Below the pieces are notes generated by a model. It was given only the letters and a program-made list of their open reading frames with translations. It made no database searches and had not been told where the DNA came from. Of a DNA stretch of 64,000 bases, positions 9,043-18,984 are shown one piece after another. Source of the stretch: a virus; the IMG/VR virus record IMGVR_UViG_3300042868_003730, positions 32,001-96,000 of that record. One strand, 5' to 3'. Both the position numbers and the translations under genes were made by a program. Position 1 is the stretch's first letter. Each line of letters begins with the position of its first letter.

Positions 9043-11537
9043 TGCCTACAGTTGTTATAGCCCTAACTAGTGGAACTCGGTGGATAGTTCCAGGGGATTG
9101 CACAAGTGCTACTATTGAATGTATAGGTGCTGGTCGTACTTATGATACGTATGGTACGTATTTAAATGGCGGAGCATATTCTAAAACTAATACTGTTAGT
9201 TTGACTCCTGGCTCTGCAGTATACTTTAACATCGGTTCTAATATTACTGGTGGTGATACTTGGTTTAACAAAACTGCAAATAGTGCTACTACTTCAACCA
9301 CAGATGGATCCTTGGCTAAAGGTGGTGGAACCACTCCAAGTAGTCAAATAGCGGCAGGTGTTGGCGATCTAAAATATCGTGGCGGTACTGGCGGTATAAA
9401 TCATTATTCTCCAAGTGGTTGTTGTGGCTCTAACGATATTGGAGCTGGCGGTGGCGCAGCAGGTCCAAATGGCAATGGTGGCGATGCATTCGTTGATAGC
9501 AGCACTAACTGGTCCGATGGTGGTGGTGGCGCTAACGGAGGAAGTGCTGGTGGCACTGGATATAATTACCCATTATATGCAAATAATGGTGGAAATAACA
9601 GATTTGGAACTGGTGGTGGTGTAGCTCCAGGTGGTGCTGGTACAAATGGCGGTGGTGGTGCTGGTTTATACGACTCTGGCGACGGTGGTGCCGGTTCCCA
9701 GGAAAACATTTGGACAGATTGGCTAGGCAATAACTATGGACCAGGCGGTGGCGTAGGTGGTACATCCTTCTCTACTACTGGTATTCCACCAATCAGCACT
9801 GGTTATGGTGGTGGTGGAGCCAATGGTGGTATAATTATTATTACCTATGAAGCCAATCCACAAACTGCAACATGGACTGAAGTATACACCAAAACAACGC
9901 CAATAAGAATTCCTTACGGCTGCACTCAAGTAATAGCAGAGGGTATCGGTAGCGGAGCACCTGGAACTGTTGTTGCTGCTGGTGGTAACGGCGGTGGCGG
10001 TGGCGCATACGCAAAGAGTATTATTACCAGCGGGTTAGTTGGTAATTCAGCGGCATACGCACAGGTTCAATCTGATGTTCTTTACCCATACAGTGCTGGT
10101 TCTCCAGTAGATACTTGGTTTAATTTAACAGCAAATTCAGCACCAACTGTTTCTACTACTGGTATACTCACTGAGAGAGGATTTAAAGGAGGTACAGCAG
10201 GTAATGCAGCCAATTGTATAGGTACCACCATTTATAGTGGAGGTACTGGCGGGTTTGGTAATACTGCAGGAACTATTTCTCGCGGTGGCGGTGGCGGTGG
10301 ATCAGCTGGTCCTACTGGCGCGGGTAAAAACGGCGGTAATGCATTTAGTTATACAACTAACGTAGCAGGAACTGGCGGTGGTGGCGGCGGTTCTAATGGA
10401 GGGTCGAGTACAGTAGGCTCTAATGGCGCCACCACCATTAGCGGTTCTGGCGGAGCAAGTAGTGATGGAACTGCAGGTGGCGCAGGCTCATCCAGTGCTG
10501 CTATGGGTAACTCCGGTACTAATGGAAGTGGTGGGGCAGGTGGTTATCGAGGTAGTAGTACTTTAGCTTGGGGTGCTGGTAACGGCAGCATGCAAACTGT
10601 ATGGACCAGTGTTGGTGTTAATTATGGTCCTGGCGGAGGCGGTGGTGGTGGAGGAGGAAGTTCCGCCACAACTCAAACTTATCCTGGTAATGGTCTTGGT
10701 TACGGCAGTGGTGGTGGAGGAGCTGGTACTCGCTATAGTGGGTCACCTGTTTATGGTGGAGCTTCTGCACCAGGAATTCTGGTACTTACATTCACCACAG
10801 CAGCAGCAACTGTTGTAAATGATTCTACTTCAGATACAAATTCTATTTCCACGACAGAGAGTGGTTCTAGTTCATCATCTGCTTCTAGTACTGATACCAA
10901 CTCTATTATTTCGTCAGAAATACCTACGCTGATAACAGTAATATCTGCGGCTGAAACTACTTCAACAGCTACCAGTGAAGTTGGTGAAAAACTTCTTAAT
11001 GCATCTATAGCTGAGACCAACAGCACTAGTGATTCATTGATAATTATTCTTGATGTAGTAGTCTCTGATACAACAAATACCAATAGTACAGAATCATCTG
11101 CAGGAACAGTTATTGTAACAGTTACTGATGTGGTTTCCGCGACCGAGAATATAACAGCTGGTGTTGTTTCTCTGCAAGCAGTCACTGATTCTAATGGTGT
11201 TGTTTCTGCGCAGTCATCATTCATCAACGCAAGTGCATTCTTATTCGATTCAAATGCAACGAGTGATGATCAGGCATTCTCGATTTTATTCCTGGTCAAC
11301 TATACAGACATACAAGAAGTTTATTCTGCAGAATACGTATTTGGTGACGCAAATGCGGAAATATATGAATATATCACTGTAACTGATTACAATGACTCAG
11401 CTGTAATATTCAAACAGGTTCCTGGTGCTAAGGTTGTTGCGCAACAGGATTCTCTTCGCAAAGTATCTGCGTCAACTCAGGTTAATAAACGAGTCGCAGT
11501 AACACAAAATGCAAAGACATATATCAACGTTGGCTAA
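9042..11537 (+). CDS. glycine-rich virion/fibre protein
   Basis: Two Gly-rich domains plus Ser/Thr-rich C-terminal repeats. Confidence 0.65.
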   Translation: MPTVVIALTSGTRWIVPGDCTSATIECIGAGRTYDTYGTYLNGGAYSKTNTVSLTPGSAVYFNIGSNITGGDTWFNKTANSATTSTTDGSLAKGGGTTPSSQIAAGVGDLKYRGGTGGINHYSPSGCCGSNDIGAGGGAAGPNGNGGDAFVDSSTNWSDGGGGANGGSAGGTGYNYPLYANNGGNNRFGTGGGVAPGGAGTNGGGGAGLYDSGDGGAGSQENIWTDWLGNNYGPGGGVGGTSFSTTGIPPISTGYGGGGANGGIIIITYEANPQTATWTEVYTKTTPIRIPYGCTQVIAEGIGSGAPGTVVAAGGNGGGGGAYAKSIITSGLVGNSAAYAQVQSDVLYPYSAGSPVDTWFNLTANSAPTVSTTGILTERGFKGGTAGNAANCIGTTIYSGGTGGFGNTAGTISRGGGGGGSAGPTGAGKNGGNAFSYTTNVAGTGGGGGGSNGGSSTVGSNGATTISGSGGASSDGTAGGAGSSSAAMGNSGTNGSGGAGGYRGSSTLAWGAGNGSMQTVWTSVGVNYGPGGGGGGGGGSSATTQTYPGNGLGYGSGGGGAGTRYSGSPVYGGASAPGILVLTFTTAAATVVNDSTSDTNSISTTESGSSSSSASSTDTNSIISSEIPTLITVISAAETTSTATSEVGEKLLNASIAETNSTSDSLIIILDVVVSDTTNTNSTESSAGTVIVTVTDVVSATENITAGVVSLQAVTDSNGVVSAQSSFINASAFLFDSNATSDDQAFSILFLVNYTDIQEVYSAEYVFGDANAEIYEYITVTDYNDSAVIFKQVPGAKVVAQQDSLRKVSASTQVNKRVAVTQNAKTYINVG

Positions 11538-11552
11538 ACTCTAAATAACACT

Positions 11553-12236
11553 ATGAACGAAAACTTTTTACGTAAAGTACAGGCAGCTACTATTGTTGCC
11601 AAAACTCTTGGGTATGAACCACAGGAGGGGGAAAGTCCAGCTGATATTATTAAGACAGCACTGGCTCTCCAACCAGATTTGACTGAAGAGCAGAAAAAGA
11701 CTCTTCGCGATATGTTAAAGTTGTCAGAATCTATGGGTATTGATGTGGAAGATAAAGACTACTCCGATGACGAACTAGACAAAATGGCTGATGGCGTGAA
11801 AGACTGGGATCATATTATTGATGCCTATGACGATGAAGAACTGGCTATTGTTGATGATGAAACAGGCGAGGAAGTTGATAACCTGAAAGAATCATTTGAG
11901 ATCAATGAGGTATTGTCCAGAGCTGAGCGTATCAGAGCAAAGGCAAGATTCGCAAGAACTGCAACCAAAAGAGAAATCAAAACCAAACTCGCACTTCGTC
12001 GTCAATCTAATTCAGCTACATTCAGCAAAAGAGCCAGACATTTGGCCATGAATATGATGAAAGTTAAACTGGCCAAGAAACCTCTTGCCAATATGACTGT
12101 GCTTGATAAAGAAAGAGTTGAGAGGATTCTTTCTAAGAGGAAAGTTCTTATCAATCGCCTGGCAATGAAACTAATGCCTCGTGTCAAGAAGATCGAGAAA
12201 GATCGTTTACATCACAGAACATTCACACAAAAATGA
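11553..12236 (+). CDS. hypothetical head-associated protein (acidic middle, very basic C-terminus)
   Basis: Late promoter 5 nt upstream; ESFEINE junction then Arg/Lys-rich region. Confidence 0.55.
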   Translation: MNENFLRKVQAATIVAKTLGYEPQEGESPADIIKTALALQPDLTEEQKKTLRDMLKLSESMGIDVEDKDYSDDELDKMADGVKDWDHIIDAYDDEELAIVDDETGEEVDNLKESFEINEVLSRAERIRAKARFARTATKREIKTKLALRRQSNSATFSKRARHLAMNMMKVKLAKKPLANMTVLDKERVERILSKRKVLINRLAMKLMPRVKKIEKDRLHHRTFTQK

Positions 12237-12892
12237 TTAGACTAAAAGAATTCATTTCCGAAGCAGAGCGCGGCACAAAGAATGCACGTGAGATTGCTGA
12301 TACACTGAAGAAAGCTGGGTACAAGAAACTCGGTGAAGGTGTGGATGCTACTGTCTGGACTAAGGATGATGGTTCAGTGCTGAAGATTATTATGCCTAGT
12401 ACACCTGACTCACAGGCTGCGCTAACATTTATGAATTTTTGGAAGTTCTGTCAGAACCATAAACAACTTCGGTGCTTGCCAAGATTCAAAGAAATCCAGG
12501 GTGAGAATCTAGCGAAGTTTACTCTTAGAAAAAAAGAGTATCTCCAGATCTCAATGGAGAAATTACAACCTCTGGCCAAAGGTAGTGCTGAAGAAATCCT
12601 AGTCTGGCACCTTAGTGATTATGCCACACAGAATACTGACTGGAACACCGTATTCACAGATCTTCATAAAATAGAGAGTTATGAAGATCTCAAACCAAAA
12701 GAACAAAAGAGATATTTGTCTTTCTTGGAAGATAAGAGTAAAGTCTTAGAGTATAAGATGTTGTATACTGTTATGAAACTTCTTTACGTAACAGGATCGC
12801 TAAATAATATGAATTGGGACCTGCATACTGAAAACGCAATGCAGCGAGCAGATGGTACTGTAGTTATCGTCGATCCTTGGCTAACCTTCTAA
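12233..12892 (+). CDS. protein kinase-like fold protein
   Basis: LGEGVDATVW (Gly loop), VLKI, MEKL, DLHTEN, IVDP. Confidence 0.75.
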   Translation: MIRLKEFISEAERGTKNAREIADTLKKAGYKKLGEGVDATVWTKDDGSVLKIIMPSTPDSQAALTFMNFWKFCQNHKQLRCLPRFKEIQGENLAKFTLRKKEYLQISMEKLQPLAKGSAEEILVWHLSDYATQNTDWNTVFTDLHKIESYEDLKPKEQKRYLSFLEDKSKVLEYKMLYTVMKLLYVTGSLNNMNWDLHTENAMQRADGTVVIVDPWLTF

Positions 12893-12902
12893 AGTAATTA
12901 CA

Positions 12903-15761
12903 ATGAAAACATTCAAAGAACTGTTCGAAAAGAAACTAACTCCAGCTGAGTTAAAGAAGCGCGAAGAAATTGCTAAGGCAATGGAGCGTGAGAATCCAGG
13001 TATGGATATGGGCAAGAAGATGGCCATTGCTACTGCAGCTGCTAAGCGCGTAGCAGAAGAAACTGAAGTTGAAGAAGCATATATGTCCAGCGACCGCAGC
13101 AAGCAAATGTTTAAGCGTAATGAGTTGGACCACGAACTTAGGCATGAAGTAGAACCAAAGCGTTCTGAGCCTGCAGAACCACACGCTGTTCACATCAATG
13201 GTAAGAAGTGGAAAACATTTCCAACCAAGTCACACGCTACTAACGTCGCCAAGAAGATTGCTGGTGCTACTGTTGTAAAAGAATCAATTGATGAGGGCAA
13301 GATTCCGGAAATGAGATATTCGGAAGTGATGAAGAAGATTAAATCTGGAACACACGAAGCAACTCACGATGTCAAGCCAGGCAAGCATGTCGAACTTCGT
13401 CACATTGACTCAGGTAAAAAGACAACAGTTTATGTAAAAGAATCTTCGGAATTGGATGAAGCAACAGATCACCACGCTGACGCGATGGAACACAAGAAAC
13501 AATCTGACGCAGCAATGGATAAGAATGATATGGAAGCATATCATCACCATATGTCGGCTCATCATGAATCAATGGGTCAATGGCACGAGTCAAAGGGTCG
13601 CAGTTCTAATGCTGACAAAGAATACGAAAAAGCAGAAAAGCATCACGAACTAAGCCTGAAGAAATCAAATCAGAAAAACGAAGGAACCGAAATGTTATCA
13701 TTCAAGTATTTCCAGCAAGCACTGGTTGAAGCCAAGAAGAAATGCAAAGAATCTTCAGGTGAGATGGAAATTGCTCATGGTGAATTGCTAAACAAAGATG
13801 AAGATAATGGTAAAGAACTCGACGAAGAAGATGATTATGATAAAATGTTGAAAGACTTGATGAAGAAAGATGGCAAAAGACTTATGCAGAAATACTCTAC
13901 CGATGTTAAGAAGTCTAAAGACCTTGACAGCGGCAAAGAGCTCAAAAAACATATCAAGCAAAATCCAGATGTTGTAAAAACTTATTCAACAGCTGTCAAA
14001 AAAGACAAAAAGATGTATGAAGAAGTAGAGATTGATGAGCAAGCACCTGTTGCTCCAGTTCCTGGAATGAAAGATGGAAAGTACGCTATCATGGTTCATC
14101 CAGAATCAAAGCAGCGCGTGACGATCGAAAGAAAGAACAAGAAGAACTATCCAGCATCTGAAGGCTGGAAAGAAGTTGCTCCTGGTATCAAAGAATCAGT
14201 TGAACTTGATGAAGCAGAATTATTTTATCAGCATGCTAAGAAACTTATGGATCAAGGAAGAGATTCGCATAAGCCAAGTTCTGATGCGCCTTATGGTCGT
14301 ACTTTTCATGGTAATGCATACCACAATCCACCAGGAAAATCAAGATTACATGTGTTGGATAATGGTAAAAAAGTAAAGACAGTCCATGTTCCAGACGAAC
14401 ATATTGAAAAACTGGATACCAAGGGAAAACTTGAATGGCCAAATCATATGGACCCTACAATTGAGAAAAAGCATTTTGATGCATATGCGAAAACCAATTC
14501 CAAGCACATTAGTGAACCAGTTAAAGAATCAGTTGAAGAACTCGATGAAGCAGCAATTACGCACGTTGTCGCAAAGGACAAACTTGCTGCGCACAAAGAG
14601 TTTATGGACAAAGAAGGGTTTAAGGTAACAACAAAACCTCTACCAAAGAGCCACCCAAAACACGCCACCCATATGGGTATTGTTTCTAAGAATAGTCAGG
14701 AGTCTTCATATCACGAAGATGGAAATGCTCATTCTGTCAGCGAATCAGTTGAATTCGATGAATCCTACGACGAATTGAATATGCGTCACAAGTTTGTGTT
14801 TAATAAAACAGCTGCCGGAAAAGCACGTGAAGTGGCTCGTAATCGTGAAGAACTAAAGAGCCAAATGAAGAGACAAAGAGAAATGGGCGGCATTACTGGT
14901 CCTAAAGGTAAATTGCCAGAAGAAGTTGAACTAGACGAGATCTCTACTGCTACAATGAGTCATCAAGGTAAGACTACTCTGAAACATGTCAAGAATCCAG
15001 GTGTTCAACTGCGTATGGCTGCTCATGACATTAAGCCAGGTATCAAGGGATATCGCGATCGCGTTGCCCTTATGCACGCAGCTGATGCTGAAAAGAAGCT
15101 AAAGGAAGAAGTTGAACTGGATGAAGTTTCTCCATTCGACTGGAAAGCCTACGCAAAAGAAAAGGGAACTGCTTCTTCTAACAAGACAAAGACGTTTCAC
15201 GACGTAAAGAAAACTAGCACTGGTACTGTATACACCAAGCAAGTTAATCCAGACGGTACGAGCAAGGGTTCGGGCGATGATGCTGCTAAAACAGCTGAGA
15301 AAGCCGATGCTCCTAAGCGTGGTCGCGGTCGTCCTGCTGGTGTTGGTGCAAAGACTGGTTCTTACAAGCCACGTGATCCAGCGGCTAAGGCTGCGTCTGC
15401 TGCCAAAGCAGCTGCTAGCAAGGCAGCTAACCGCGCAATGCGCAAAGAAGAATTCGATAATGAGTTTATGGGAAGTTTGATTGAAGGTTTCGAGGATGAA
15501 GACTTTGACGAATTCCTATATTGCGAAGAATTTGACGAGTTGGATGAGGCAACGCAAGAAGCCCTGATCAATTTCATTAATGAAAAGAGCTGTGGTTCAT
15601 ACAAAATGAAAGAGTCTCTTACTGGTAAGCAACATAAACTAGATAAGAACAAGAATGGTAAGATCGACAGCCACGATTTCAAACTTCTTCGTAAAGAAGA
15701 AACTGAACAAGTCCAAGAAAGCGTAAATACATATGCTGCTTTCTTAACCAAGAAACAATAA
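12903..15761 (+). CDS. large charged modular protein, probable head-internal/core protein
   Basis: MKTFKELFE N-terminus, repeated E(S/E)VELDE linkers, AT-hook KRGRGRP, EF-hand-like DKNKNGKIDSHD. Confidence 0.65.
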   Translation: MKTFKELFEKKLTPAELKKREEIAKAMERENPGMDMGKKMAIATAAAKRVAEETEVEEAYMSSDRSKQMFKRNELDHELRHEVEPKRSEPAEPHAVHINGKKWKTFPTKSHATNVAKKIAGATVVKESIDEGKIPEMRYSEVMKKIKSGTHEATHDVKPGKHVELRHIDSGKKTTVYVKESSELDEATDHHADAMEHKKQSDAAMDKNDMEAYHHHMSAHHESMGQWHESKGRSSNADKEYEKAEKHHELSLKKSNQKNEGTEMLSFKYFQQALVEAKKKCKESSGEMEIAHGELLNKDEDNGKELDEEDDYDKMLKDLMKKDGKRLMQKYSTDVKKSKDLDSGKELKKHIKQNPDVVKTYSTAVKKDKKMYEEVEIDEQAPVAPVPGMKDGKYAIMVHPESKQRVTIERKNKKNYPASEGWKEVAPGIKESVELDEAELFYQHAKKLMDQGRDSHKPSSDAPYGRTFHGNAYHNPPGKSRLHVLDNGKKVKTVHVPDEHIEKLDTKGKLEWPNHMDPTIEKKHFDAYAKTNSKHISEPVKESVEELDEAAITHVVAKDKLAAHKEFMDKEGFKVTTKPLPKSHPKHATHMGIVSKNSQESSYHEDGNAHSVSESVEFDESYDELNMRHKFVFNKTAAGKAREVARNREELKSQMKRQREMGGITGPKGKLPEEVELDEISTATMSHQGKTTLKHVKNPGVQLRMAAHDIKPGIKGYRDRVALMHAADAEKKLKEEVELDEVSPFDWKAYAKEKGTASSNKTKTFHDVKKTSTGTVYTKQVNPDGTSKGSGDDAAKTAEKADAPKRGRGRPAGVGAKTGSYKPRDPAAKAASAAKAAASKAANRAMRKEEFDNEFMGSLIEGFEDEDFDEFLYCEEFDELDEATQEALINFINEKSCGSYKMKESLTGKQHKLDKNKNGKIDSHDFKLLRKEETEQVQESVNTYAAFLTKKQ

Positions 15762-15771
15762 GGAGACAATT

Positions 15772-17085
15772 ATGTCACTATGGGGAAATAAAGATACGGC
15801 AGCTGTAACTGGGTTGGTTGGTATCGTTGGAGCAACATACGGAACCACTACTACTGGTACTTCGGTAGCAGCAGCAGCTACTTATAACGTAACACAAAAA
15901 TCAGCTACTGGTGGTGGCACTGGTGGAACATTCACTATCGTTAAGACTGGTTCTGGTACATCATATAGTGGAGCCACTACTATCACTGGCGTTCTTCCAG
16001 TTAATGGTGGATACACTGCAAGCACTGTCGTTACCATTAGCGGTGCGCAACTTGGTGGCGCCGATGGTACGAATGATATGACATTTACTGTCAACACTCT
16101 ACCTACATCAGCTCTAACTGGCGCTGCTGGTACTTTTACTAATGCTGGTACTGCTGTTGCAGTAACACAAACATTCACTGGTTTAACACAAAAATCTGGT
16201 GGCACTACAACTGGAACTGGCGCAGTCTTTTCTGTCGCTCGTACAGGTGGTACAGCATATTCTTCTAATACAGTCGTTACAGTAACGACTCCAGGAACTG
16301 GATATGTTGCTGGTGATACAGTTAAGATTGATGGCGCATTACTTGGTGGCGTGACAGTAACAAATGATTTAACTGTTACAATTACTGCTGCTCCTACTGC
16401 ATTTACGCTTGAATTAAAAGAAGGCAGTTTCGTTGTTATTGCTGGCGTTAAGTATAAGATTCTTAAAATCAACAGCAATATTTCAGCTACTCTGACTAGT
16501 CTTTATGAGGCTGCTACAGTAACTGGTGGAACGATCACTGAGCATCTGGCACCAACTTTCCTTAGTCTAGCTGATGCTCGTAAGGCAGTATTCGTTTCGC
16601 AAGAAGAAGCTCTTCTGGCAACAAATAAAGCCAAGGGAATTAATGGTGCTGGTTGGTGGTTATTCAATGAGTACACTGATGCTGCTGGCAAAATTCGTTA
16701 CAAAACATCATGCCTTGTCGCTATGACTGTTCTTAATGCAGTTTCTGGTGACTCCGCTGCTACTGGTGAAGATCTGATCGCTTCGGATGCTGAGTCTGTT
16801 GTTACTATTGGCACTCAACCTGCTGCGCAGAATACTTCTAGTGGTGCAGCGACCTTCGGCGTTACTGCGTCGGCTACCTCTGGTACTCTGACCTATCAGT
16901 GGCAACGTGCTCTGGCAGCAACACCAACTCGTTTCACCAATATCTCTGGAGCAACTTCGGCTACTCGCGTACTATCTGGTCAGACCTCAGGCAACACCGG
17001 AGATCTATATCGCGTAGTTATTAGTACAGATGCTGGTGCAGCCAAGGTTACTTCTAATGCAGCTGCGTTGACATTCGTGTCTTAA
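15772..17085 (+). CDS. virion surface/fibre protein with C-terminal Ig-like domain
   Basis: MSLWGNKD start, Thr/Gly repeats, TQP...TYQWQ...YRVVI Ig motif. Confidence 0.7.
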   Translation: MSLWGNKDTAAVTGLVGIVGATYGTTTTGTSVAAAATYNVTQKSATGGGTGGTFTIVKTGSGTSYSGATTITGVLPVNGGYTASTVVTISGAQLGGADGTNDMTFTVNTLPTSALTGAAGTFTNAGTAVAVTQTFTGLTQKSGGTTTGTGAVFSVARTGGTAYSSNTVVTVTTPGTGYVAGDTVKIDGALLGGVTVTNDLTVTITAAPTAFTLELKEGSFVVIAGVKYKILKINSNISATLTSLYEAATVTGGTITEHLAPTFLSLADARKAVFVSQEEALLATNKAKGINGAGWWLFNEYTDAAGKIRYKTSCLVAMTVLNAVSGDSAATGEDLIASDAESVVTIGTQPAAQNTSSGAATFGVTASATSGTLTYQWQRALAATPTRFTNISGATSATRVLSGQTSGNTGDLYRVVISTDAGAAKVTSNAAALTFVS

Positions 17086-17091
17086 TGATCG

Positions 17092-17463
17092 GTGATTAGT
17101 GAGAAGAACTTCTTGCAGCGTGCTCTGCGCTGCTATGATAATCCTCAGTGTATAACTCTGGATGAATTTCAAGAAGATCTGAATCGTTTTTCTCACATCA
17201 AGAAGATCATAACGAAGTACGTAGAAGGACAAGGCGAAATAAACGATCGCCTTGTCCTTAATCATTTGGTTACTTTGTTTAATGTTTTTGGTTTAGAGGC
17301 GTTATTATTTACTTTGTTCAAAGTAGAACAAAAACATTGGGGTGTTATTTTCCCATTTCTTATTCTTCTAAATAAGTTACCAGATTATATTCCTGAGTTA
17401 CAACTGGAAACAGCGGATATAGAACTGGATAAAAACATAATCGAGAAATTAAGGCAAATCTAA
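17092..17463 (+). CDS. conserved T4-like hypothetical protein
   Basis: YDNPQC...EFQEDLNRF...LNHL...FNVFG motif. Confidence 0.7.
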   Translation: MISEKNFLQRALRCYDNPQCITLDEFQEDLNRFSHIKKIITKYVEGQGEINDRLVLNHLVTLFNVFGLEALLFTLFKVEQKHWGVIFPFLILLNKLPDYIPELQLETADIELDKNIIEKLRQI

Positions 17464-18222
17464 ATGGCACGCATCGTAGACAATCTAGCAGCTCTTAGAG
17501 TAATTTGGTTGTTGGCCACACCATTCGAAAAGTTCGATGCATTCAAGCTGGGACTAATTGATGCTAATGGTGTTAAACTAAAGAAGGCAGAAACTTCTGA
17601 AGAGAGGAATGCCACCTCTATGTTACACCGCCTCGTCTGGAATCTAAAGCGTATCATCGCATTGGCTCCAGGAGGAAAAACTCGTATTGGTAGTTTAGTT
17701 GCCGCATACCTTCTTGTGAAGGAATCTGCTGAGAATGATTACGATGAGATGCAACTTGAAGAAGAGATTCTAAACAAGTTCCAGATTTATAGAAACATTC
17801 ACTTTATTGAAGAAGAAGTGATTGTAGAAGAAGCATTACTTGCATTATTTGAAGACGCACCCGCGAATGTAACTGGTGCTGCGGTCAGTACTGATATTCC
17901 TGTAGTCAGACCGAAAAATGCAAAAAGAAAGTTCGCCTCGTTTGATGTTGATGACGATACGTTTTCTAAATTCAAAAATGGTAAAGCAAAATTCCGTAAA
18001 TGGAGTTCGTATCTAAATCTTGAAGATGATTCTCACAAAGAGATTCATAAGTATGCCAAGAAGAACCCACGTGGTATTCTAGTTATCAAAGACTCCAAGG
18101 GAAATATGAAGGGTATTCGTTACTCAAGAACTGGCGGTGGGAATTGGCATAATGTAAAAAGGAAATCAACTGTCACTGGGTCAATGCAACAAGAATATTT
18201 AACTGTTGAGCGTATCATATGA
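17464..18222 (+). CDS. conserved T4-like hypothetical protein
   Basis: PFEKFDAFKLGLIDANG...RLVWNLKR; LFE|DAPAN possible processing site. Confidence 0.65.
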   Translation: MARIVDNLAALRVIWLLATPFEKFDAFKLGLIDANGVKLKKAETSEERNATSMLHRLVWNLKRIIALAPGGKTRIGSLVAAYLLVKESAENDYDEMQLEEEILNKFQIYRNIHFIEEEVIVEEALLALFEDAPANVTGAAVSTDIPVVRPKNAKRKFASFDVDDDTFSKFKNGKAKFRKWSSYLNLEDDSHKEIHKYAKKNPRGILVIKDSKGNMKGIRYSRTGGGNWHNVKRKSTVTGSMQQEYLTVERII

Positions 18223-18704
18223 TCAGAATCTATATAATCTGTGGAATTGTGGCAGCGGCTCTTCTTGGCCTCTACGCTGTATTCTCTTTCGGTAGATCGT
18301 ATGAACGCACAGAATGGGAATTGAAATACGCCGAAGCAGCAGCAGAAATTAAAGAACTAGAATCTAAAGCAGCTGAAGTTAGTAATGTCGTAGTTACTAA
18401 GTATGTTAATAAGATTCAATACGTTGATAAAGTAAAGATCCAGACAGTTACACAATTCGTGTCGAGTGAGTCAGACAAGTCCTGTGTTATAAATAATGGA
18501 TTCGTGAATGTGCATAATGCTGCCGCAGCTGCTAGTGCTATCGTGGCAAGTGATACAGACAAAGACCAGTCTCAGATCAAACTAAGTAATGTTGCTTCTG
18601 TGGTGGTCGATAACTACGCTGAGTGTAATAAAACCAAATTGCAGTTGGAATCACTTCAAGGATGGGTTCGTGACCAACAAACTTTATGGAATACCACTAA
18701 ATGA
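18219..18704 (+). CDS. Rz-like inner-membrane spanin
   Basis: N-terminal TM, coiled coil, C-terminal cysteines (NYAEC...LQGW). Confidence 0.75.
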   Translation: MIRIYIICGIVAAALLGLYAVFSFGRSYERTEWELKYAEAAAEIKELESKAAEVSNVVVTKYVNKIQYVDKVKIQTVTQFVSSESDKSCVINNGFVNVHNAAAAASAIVASDTDKDQSQIKLSNVASVVVDNYAECNKTKLQLESLQGWVRDQQTLWNTTK

Positions 18705-18886
18705 AATCTCTGTTTTGTGCTATTTGTCTAGTTCTTTTGGTTGGTTGTGGGGGAACAACAATCCCTGTTATTAAACAAAAGTTTCCTGATCCTCCGGAGT
18801 TACTAATGGCTCCAGTACCTGAACTAAAGAAGTTAGGGGAGACTACTCCAGCTGTAGAACCTAAGAAGTTAGATAAACTCTCATAA
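18701..18886 (+). CDS. Rz1-like outer-membrane lipoprotein spanin
   Basis: Lipobox LVG|C, Pro-rich, follows the i-spanin. Confidence 0.75.
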   Translation: MKSLFCAICLVLLVGCGGTTIPVIKQKFPDPPELLMAPVPELKKLGETTPAVEPKKLDKLS

Positions 18887-18949
18887 GCACAGTTGAATTA
18901 TACCTGGTAAGAAACAAGTGTAAAATAAACTTTGCACGATAAACTTTAG

Positions 18950-18978
18950 TTTACTTTTCGTTATGGTGGGGGCATAAT
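18950..18978 (+). promoter_or_regulatory. early sigma70-type promoter for primase
   Basis: TTTACT-17bp-CATAAT, 6 nt before the ATG. Confidence 0.7.
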
Positions 18979-18984
18979 TACACT

